Source of the DNA: Nitrospirota bacterium
GTDB lineage: Bacteria; Nitrospirota; UBA9217
Length of the DNA: 64,000 nucleotides
Direction of reading: 5' to 3'
Assembly (NCBI GenBank): GCA_035623825.1
Contig: DASPSR010000042.1
Span: forward strand, 11,669 to 75,668
A program made the translations under genes and the position numbers. Below, piece by piece: positions 57,994 through 64,000 of the stretch. The notes beneath the pieces were generated by a model. That model had not been told where the DNA came from, did no database searches, and worked only from the letters and a program-made list of their open reading frames with translations. The number at the start of each line of letters is the position of its first letter. The first letter of the stretch is position 1.

Positions 57994-58384
57994 GATTGTC
58001 AAACTACACCAGTCTACAGCATCGCCGGACGGCATCTTTATGATTGTATGTCCGCAGGCTGAAGATATTCCCATATCGGCTGCGCCGCTACAGGTAAGGT
58101 TCATAATATTTGAGTATCCCGCTATTTGTCAAGTTATAATTTGGTCCTCTATTCCTTCTTCTCTCGATACTTCAGGGCTCAGTATCCTAAGAAACATGGC
58201 CTGAAAGGATTAATCTCTTGCTTCACTGACCGGTGCGGTGCCGGCGACCGCAAAGACGCGGCTGCAGGCATCTGCGATAAGGCATAGGTTCATTGCCCAA
58301 TCAATCAGGGTCTGGCGGCCTGCGTATAAAAAAGGAGAATGCAGGACGGGAGCAAGAATGGTCAAATTAGATTGCTAAGGTGAG

Positions 58385-59998
58385 TTAATCCTCGAAACGC
58401 GTCACGAACGCGCCGATGAAGTGCATCGAATGAACATAGTCTGTGAAGGGAACCTCTTTCACTGCACCGCCGCCGGGATTTCCCTCTTTTTCCTTGACGC
58501 CGGCGGCGTGAATCAGGTAAGGCTTGCCGGATTTAATGTGGACGATCGAGAGGTGGGCGATAATTTCCTCGACAGTGCGCTTCTTCGGATCCTTGGCCCA
58601 GTAGATGATGTCGCCATCCTGAAGTTTTTTCTGAAAGGATCTCGTCGCAAGAACAGACTTCGGGAGGATGTCCACGGTGTCCTTGCCGCGGGAACCGGGA
58701 ATCGTTCTCGGGGTCCCGAGCTCAGCAGTGATGTTCTTTCCCCACTTGCCGCTGAAGACCATGTCTTCGCCGTATTGGAAGCGGTCGTCATAGTTCGTGA
58801 CGAGGCCGTCGGAGAGCTTGCCTTGGGTTTTGAACCGTAGCGTGAGCGCCTGTTCTATAGCTTCAGCCGGCGTACTGCTCTTGGCTAGTTCGACGGAGCG
58901 GAAAGCATGGTACATGCAGTCGACCTTTTCGTCCGCCACGATACGGTTCGTGCGCACATAGAGGCCCAGGGGGTCAGGGTCGTACGGCGTGCCGATGAAG
59001 CGGCTTGCCCAGTACGAGATTCTTTTGCCGAGCGGAAGCCTGGCGGTCCGCGCCTGCGTAATGAGGATCTCATCAGCGGTCATCTCTGACGTCGTCTTCT
59101 TTTGGTCCGGATCGGCACCGATGATACGAAGCCCGTACTGGAGGGCGTTGGCATATCTCCGATCGTAGATGCCAGCAAGCTGAACGGAATGCTTTTTCGA
59201 AGATTGGAGAAACCTGCCGCTCCCGAGAAAGAGACCCTCATTCCCATCGTAGAATACAAGAATATCGCCGGGCTGGAGATCATGCTTCAGCACGCGTTCC
59301 GCTTTTGCCTTGAGCGATGCGCTGTCCGTGCCTATGGGGAAACCGTGAATACGGTAGGCAATGTGAATTAGCCCACGGGTATCCATGCCCTGAGCAGTGA
59401 GCCCGCCCGGAAGGTATCGCACGCCGAGGAACTTTCTTGCAGTCGTGGCGATCTCCTCGGGCGTGGTGTCGTTTACAATGGGATCGATGGGCTTAACGGG
59501 AATTGCATCTGACGGATCAATGATAGCGACAGAGCGGTCGGGGAACTGAACCGTGAACCCGTCCGACTTTTTTTCGAGCACGGGAAGACGCGTGCCGGCA
59601 TAGAGCGGAACCTTGTGATTGCCCGTCTTGTCCAGAATCAGCGCCTCGGTCTTGGGCACAGCAATCACGATCCACTGACGGTCGGCATTGAGATAGTGGC
59701 GACCCTTGTCCTTTGGAATGTGGACCGCCTCCTGCTGTATCCAGCCTTCACGGTTGTCTTGGTTCGGGATCGCGATCCGGTACCGGTAGTCCTGCTTTTC
59801 GAGGATGAGCACCTCATCAGCCATAAGCACCTGGGTCACGAGGCCTGATTTTGGAATCGGTTCCTCATGCACATTGGCGAGGGGCGCCGATATGATGCCG
59901 ATGATGGTGTTTTTGGTTTTTGGTTCCTGAGGAGATGCAGCAGCGGAAAGCAGCAGCGCGGTGCAAAGAATGATGAATATATGGGAAAGCTTTTTCAT
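58385..59998 (-). CDS. Secreted SH3b-like / NlpC-P60-like / DUF1460 (papain-fold) multidomain protein. The first NlpC/P60-like domain lacks the catalytic Cys and His.
   Basis: Signal peptide MKKLSHIFIILCTALLLSAAAS. The NlpC/P60-like block ARKFLGVRYLPGG...GMDTRGLIHIAY...QPGDILVFY has DCSG replaced by DTRG. The C-terminal DUF1460-like block retains the Cys (VDCMY) and His (IAHLSIVH). Confidence 0.55.
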   Translation of the reverse strand: MKKLSHIFIILCTALLLSAAASPQEPKTKNTIIGIISAPLANVHEEPIPKSGLVTQVLMADEVLILEKQDYRYRIAIPNQDNREGWIQQEAVHIPKDKGRHYLNADRQWIVIAVPKTEALILDKTGNHKVPLYAGTRLPVLEKKSDGFTVQFPDRSVAIIDPSDAIPVKPIDPIVNDTTPEEIATTARKFLGVRYLPGGLTAQGMDTRGLIHIAYRIHGFPIGTDSASLKAKAERVLKHDLQPGDILVFYDGNEGLFLGSGRFLQSSKKHSVQLAGIYDRRYANALQYGLRIIGADPDQKKTTSEMTADEILITQARTARLPLGKRISYWASRFIGTPYDPDPLGLYVRTNRIVADEKVDCMYHAFRSVELAKSSTPAEAIEQALTLRFKTQGKLSDGLVTNYDDRFQYGEDMVFSGKWGKNITAELGTPRTIPGSRGKDTVDILPKSVLATRSFQKKLQDGDIIYWAKDPKKRTVEEIIAHLSIVHIKSGKPYLIHAAGVKEKEGNPGGGAVKEVPFTDYVHSMHFIGAFVTRFED

Positions 59999-60061
59999 CA
60001 GATGAATTCAGGAAAGCGATATGGCGTATGGTGCTGCCTGCTGCCGCGAACGGTGAACAGA

Positions 60062-60148
60062 GTGGTGCCGAAGGGGGGACTCGAACCCCCATGGGTTGCC
60101 CCACACGCCCCTCAAACGTGCGTGTCTACCAATTCCACCACTTCGGCA
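60062..60148 (-). tRNA. tRNA-Leu (anticodon GAG), class II with long variable arm; CCA encoded
   Basis: Reverse complement GUGCCGAAGUGGUGGAAUUGGUAGACACGCACGUUUGAGGGGCGUGUGGGGCAACCCAUGGGGGUUCGAGUCCCCCCUUCGGCACCA. Anticodon stem CACGU/GCGUG, loop UUGAGGG, T-arm GGTTCGAGTCC. It aligns well to E. coli tRNA-Leu. Confidence 0.85.
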
Positions 60149-60256
60149 CTTGAAAACACTATATAACCACAGATGAAAACGGAAACGGACCTACGGCAAT
60201 CCATTCGGCTTGCCGCGCTACCGGTTACTCAGTGTCCATCCGCGGGAAATCAATTT

Positions 60257-61207
60257 CTACTTCTTCACGGCAGGCTGCTTCGCATAGACAAACGTGAGCC
60301 AGTCCTCGTGCCGGTTATGCCTGCCGTTCACGATATCAAAAAACGCGGCCTGGAGCTCCGCGGTGACCCGTCCGGGCTTGCCTTTCCCGATCTGCCGGTT
60401 GTCCACTTCACGAATCGGCGTAATCTCAGCCGCCGTGCCAGTAAAGAACGCCTCGTCGGCAATGTAGAGCTCGTCCCTCGTGAACCGCTCTTCCACGAGA
60501 CGCATGCCACGCTCCGCAGCAAGGTGGATGATCGTGTCCCGGGTGATGCCTTCGAGGATGGACGTGAGGGGCGGTGTCTTGATCAAGCCCTTGCGCACAA
60601 TAAAAATGTTCTCACCGCTTCCTTCCGCGACATAGCCGTCGGTATCGAGCAGTATTGCTTCGTCATAGCCATCCTTGAGCGCTTCCCGTTTGGCAAGAAG
60701 GGAGTTCGCATAATTGGCCGCGGTCTTGGAGCGCACCATTGTAGCGTTGACATGTGGCCGGACAAAGGATGAGATCTTGACACGGATCCCGTTCTTGATC
60801 CCTTCCTCGCCCAGATAGCTGCCCCAGGGCCAAACGGCAATGGCAAGGTCAACCGGATTATCTTTAGGAAAGACCCCCATGGCGCCGTAGCCTATATATG
60901 CGAGTGGCCTGATGTAGCATGCGTCGATCTTGTTCTCGCGGATGGTTTCGAGAATCGCCTCGGCGACGGCTTCGCGGGCAAACGGGATCTGCATCTGCAA
61001 GATGTGCGCGGAATCGAAGAGACGGTCCACGTGCTCATGCAGCCTGAAGACCGCCGGTCCATCATTGGCCTTGTAGCAACGGATGCCCTCGAACACCGCG
61101 GTGCTGTAGTGAAGCGAATGAGTCAGGACGTGAACCTTTGCGTCATCCCACTTCACGAACGCACCGTTCATCCATATTTTTTCCGTGGCTTGCAGCATAG
61201 GAAACAT
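60257..61207 (-). CDS. ilvE: Branched-chain amino acid aminotransferase
   Basis: PLP fold-type IV family sequence (EGSGENIFIV, GITR). 316 aa. Confidence 0.85.
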   Translation of the reverse strand: MFPMLQATEKIWMNGAFVKWDDAKVHVLTHSLHYSTAVFEGIRCYKANDGPAVFRLHEHVDRLFDSAHILQMQIPFAREAVAEAILETIRENKIDACYIRPLAYIGYGAMGVFPKDNPVDLAIAVWPWGSYLGEEGIKNGIRVKISSFVRPHVNATMVRSKTAANYANSLLAKREALKDGYDEAILLDTDGYVAEGSGENIFIVRKGLIKTPPLTSILEGITRDTIIHLAAERGMRLVEERFTRDELYIADEAFFTGTAAEITPIREVDNRQIGKGKPGRVTAELQAAFFDIVNGRHNRHEDWLTFVYAKQPAVKK

Positions 61208-62060
61208 TTATAACAGCCTGTATTAAAATTGTCAATCGTTTTTTCCGTTCTTCGTTTTCACTCACGGCCAATGGCGCGCCCGGTGGCTCGAATCCTGAGA
61301 ATGTGAACCAGATGAAAGGCGCAGCGAGTACTGCTTCGCAGGGATAGTTCTCATGATTACAGAGGTTCGCAAATACGCCTCAATAGGCTAATACGGCTGC
61401 CCAGAATGCGCTCGATGCGGTTATGGGGAAACATTAAACATTATCATCAATTCTGTGGTAACGGAGACGACGAAGTCATGGAGGGCAACTTCGAGAAGTT
61501 TCCTTGCCGAACATATAACATATGATGTTAAGATGTATTCGAAATACACGAAATCTGATCTATGATCTCATAATTTATAGGGATTTAGAGAAACCTGCTT
61601 CCCATAACGCGCTCTTTCAATAAATTTATACCGTTGTGATGAACGCTCGTCTGTTTTAAATAAACACTGCTGATAACCATTCGAATATAGTGGAAGGTCA
61701 GTAACTTGTTGATATTTTATGCTTTTTCATCTTATTTGCAATATATGATGTGCTACCACTAGCGTTCACAATTAGTCCTATGATTAGTGAATGTTTAGGA
61801 AACATTATTTTTCAAAATGTTTTTTTTTAGAGGTCTTGACAATTCACATTCGTTCAGAGCTTATGCGCTAACCTGAATTCGCTGAAGGCGTCTTGCAGGA
61901 AGGCCCGAAAGGGTGGGACCTTTGGTCGGTCCCATTATGAAGATTGTGGCAGATTGTTGTTGACGTGGGGAAGCGTCTGCAAACACAGAGTCGAGGTTAC
62001 CATTCCTGCGTATATTATTGTTAGAAAATGGGTATAAGCGTTTTTTGGATGATCGTCAGG

Positions 62061-62255
62061 CTAGCCGACCGTGTCTTTCTTCTCCAGATAGTCCCTCTTA
62101 GTTGCCGCAGGACCCTTTTCTGCTTCAAGCAAATAGAGTATTTCCTGGATACGCTTCTGTAAACGGGACACTGCCCTCTGAATTTCTGCGTCTTTTTCCT
62201 GTTCGCTCATGAGAAGGTATTTTTCCAGGCTCGTTCTCTTTTCTTCTGTCTTCAT
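62061..62255 (-). CDS. Hypothetical small coiled-coil protein; weak call
   Basis: ORF MKTEEKRTSLEKYLLMSEQEKDAEIQRAVSRLQKRIQEILYLLEAEKG... with no convincing Shine-Dalgarno. Confidence 0.25.
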   Translation of the reverse strand: MKTEEKRTSLEKYLLMSEQEKDAEIQRAVSRLQKRIQEILYLLEAEKGPAATKRDYLEKKDTVG

Positions 62256-62564
62256 ATTTATTGTGTGTTCTGCTTCCACCGCCGTCACCTCCTGATGTGT
62301 TGTTTCCAACTGATATCTGCAACACACAAAACGCAAGGCGCAAGCACTTTGTTCCAGTCAGCCGATCGAGGCTTGCGAGATCTACAAACAAAAGTCTACG
62401 TCAAAGCTACTTGAGTTTATAATCAAAGTAAATCGCCTGATATGGGTATTTTCGGGGTATGACGAGAAATTACAGGAGCAGCAATGGAAATCGTTATGAA
62501 ATACCGGTATAGAAACGAGGATTCCGCAGAATTTTGCAAGATTCTGATGCGTAATGCGTTCGCG

Positions 62565-63191
62565 TCATATGATGCCTGTTTTCCTGGCCTTGAGGAGAGC
62601 TTCGCCCCTGTCTTTGGCCTGCAGCTTTTCGTAAATGTTCTTGATATGGGTGTGCACCGTGTGCGAACTTATTTTTAATTTTATCGAAATCTCCTTGTAA
62701 GTCAAACCCTCTTCAATGCACCTGACAACGTCTTTTTCACGTTGGCTCAAGATGTATTGCTCACTGGTTATACTCTCATCTTGAAATTCGTGGATTACCT
62801 TACGTGCTATTTTGGGGCTCATGGGAGCGCCGCCTTTATGAAGTTCGTGAATGGCTTCAACGATCTCTCTAGGACTGCTTCCTTTCAGGATATACCCAGA
62901 TGCCCCCGCTTTTATTGCGGAAAAGACATTTTCCCGGTCTTCAAACACCGTATGGGCCATGATTTCTACTCCTGGAATCTCTTCCTTTGCTTTTTTGATA
63001 AGTTCTATTCCCGACATGCCCGGTAGGCCCAAGTCGACAAGCATGATTTCCGGGGCAGCCTTCCCAAGGGCTTGCAGGGTATCCTCCGCTGAACTGAAGG
63101 CGCCCACAACAGCAATGCCCGACTCTCCGCTCAGGAGCAGCTTGAGGTTTTCCAACAAAAGTGGATCATCTTCAACGATCATTAATCGCAT
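62565..63191 (-). CDS. NarL/FixJ-family response regulator (REC plus LuxR-type HTH)
   Basis: REC domain followed by the HTH LTYKEISIKLKISSHTVHTHIKNIYEKL. Confidence 0.85.
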   Translation of the reverse strand: MRLMIVEDDPLLLENLKLLLSGESGIAVVGAFSSAEDTLQALGKAAPEIMLVDLGLPGMSGIELIKKAKEEIPGVEIMAHTVFEDRENVFSAIKAGASGYILKGSSPREIVEAIHELHKGGAPMSPKIARKVIHEFQDESITSEQYILSQREKDVVRCIEEGLTYKEISIKLKISSHTVHTHIKNIYEKLQAKDRGEALLKARKTGII

Positions 63192-63216
63192 GAGATTAAC
63201 CTTATCATAAAATTAC

Positions 63217-64000
63217 TTATAATACCACTCCTTTGTCGTTGTATTTCACAGGGATGGGCAGTTCGACGAGAACCCGGGTGCCGGAGTCTGAGAGTATAGT
63301 TATCTTTCCACCTAGTTCCTCAGCCCTGGTCCGCATATTGGACAATCCCCTGCCGCTCTTAATTTGTCCCAACCCAACGCCATCGTCTTCGATGGAAAGC
63401 AAAAGTTTCCCCGTCCCGATCTGAAGGTTTGCGTTAACGGTCCTCGCCCGCGAATGCTTTATGACATTTGTCAGCGCTTCCTTGTAAATCTTGAATAGAT
63501 TCACCCAGAGAAGGCTGCCGGGCGGCTCAAGCGTCTCATCGAAGGAAGTTTTCAGGTCAAAGGCGATCGCGTGGGGTTCGACCATATTGGTGCCCTGATT
63601 CCGGAGCTCTGCCGTTAAAGTCCGCCAGTTGAGGTCTGTGTAGTCAAGGCTGTGCATGAAGCCCCGAATCTCCGATATACCCTCTTTGGAAAGCCTGGAT
63701 ATGACGGACACGGTATTCTTGATTTCAGGGAGGGATGGCGCCTTTTGTGCGAGTTCGGCGAGAATGCTGATGTTGGTCGTTATGCCTCCGATGCCGTCAT
63801 GGAGGTCCATGAGGATTTTCTCTTTTTCTATCCGGAAGCGCTTCTCTTCTTCAATTCTTTTCTGATACTGCTTGACACTCTCTTCGTAAAAATTCTCCTT
63901 TTCTTCCTCCGCCTGTTTGCGTGCGGTAATATCGAAGAGCGTAGCGATGATCGCAGGCTCTCCTTGATACTCGATGATTCCCGCGGTAAGATTGACCCAG
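63217..64000 (-). CDS. Sensor histidine kinase (PAS ... HisKA_3 ... HATPase_c); the N-terminus continues beyond the window
   Basis: H-box LMDLHDGIGG, HATPase block EDDGVGL. Hand translation upstream of the tracked Met continues in frame through ...GEPAIIATLFDITARKQAEEEKEN..., which is the end of a PAS domain, right up to position 64000. Confidence 0.8.
   Translation of the reverse strand, partial: WVNLTAGIIEYQGEPAIIATLFDITARKQAEEEKENFYEESVKQYQKRIEEEKRFRIEKEKILMDLHDGIGGITTNISILAELAQKAPSLPEIKNTVSVISRLSKEGISEIRGFMHSLDYTDLNWRTLTAELRNQGTNMVEPHAIAFDLKTSFDETLEPPGSLLWVNLFKIYKEALTNVIKHSRARTVNANLQIGTGKLLLSIEDDGVGLGQIKSGRGLSNMRTRAEELGGKITILSDSGTRVLVELPIPVKYNDKGVVL

Noticed and set aside
60062-62060. 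Integrated genomic island at tRNA-Leu
   Set aside because: There is no integrase and no direct repeat of the tRNA 3' end. The AT-rich segment lies upstream of ilvE rather than abutting the tRNA 3' end. I report it only as an AT-rich non-coding island.
1-64000. CRISPR arrays, transposases, integrases, phage or toxin-antitoxin genes
   Set aside because: No short regularly spaced repeats were seen, and none of the CDSs carries transposase, integrase or recombinase motifs. The only repeat found is the 310-bp cheY-junction duplication.

Overview
This 64-kb window is high-GC chromosomal DNA (coding ~58-60% GC), almost entirely on the minus strand. By gene content it looks like an anaerobic Deltaproteobacteria/Desulfobacterota-type organism; that is inference, not a database hit. 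It holds three blocks.

1. Wood-Ljungdahl / C1-folate supercluster (531-21534). It starts with a selenocysteine formate dehydrogenase, fdhA with an in-frame TGA and a SECIS-like hairpin, followed by NuoF-like and NuoE-like subunits. Then come acsB, acsC, acsD and acsE, a DUF2520 protein, cooC, thyX, panB, metF, metV, a GltD/MvhD-like oxidoreductase, folE, an MTHFS-type ligase and a second cooC.

2. Chemosensory cluster (23321-46340) transcribed in one direction. It contains cheA, two cheW, cheR, cheB, two cheY, two MCPs, a HEAT-repeat protein, GAF and DUF4388 proteins, and an ExeA-like ATPase. Most notably it embeds a complete mtrCAB-like porin-cytochrome conduit: an outer-membrane lipoprotein decahaem cytochrome, a periplasmic decahaem cytochrome and an MtrB/PioB-type beta-barrel. 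A substrate-binding protein and a split-sensor membrane protein are translationally coupled to the two MCPs.

3. Housekeeping block (46463-64000): yajQ, lolA, ftsK, an alcohol dehydrogenase, RNase J, two-subunit pyruvate carboxylase pycAB, a secreted SH3b/NlpC-P60/DUF1460 protein, tRNA-Leu(GAG), ilvE, an 850-bp AT-rich ORF-free island, and a NarL-type two-component pair.

Other noteworthy items:
- A diverged 310-bp direct repeat flanks a 416-bp AT-rich insert at the DUF4388/cheY junction and leaves a cheY pseudo-fragment.
- A hairpin plus U-run sits 20 nt upstream of the pycA start codon.
- A plus-strand terminator-like hairpin lies upstream of cooC2.
- Tandem GC-rich hairpins lie inside the acs operon.

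No CRISPR array, transposase, integrase or phage genes were seen.
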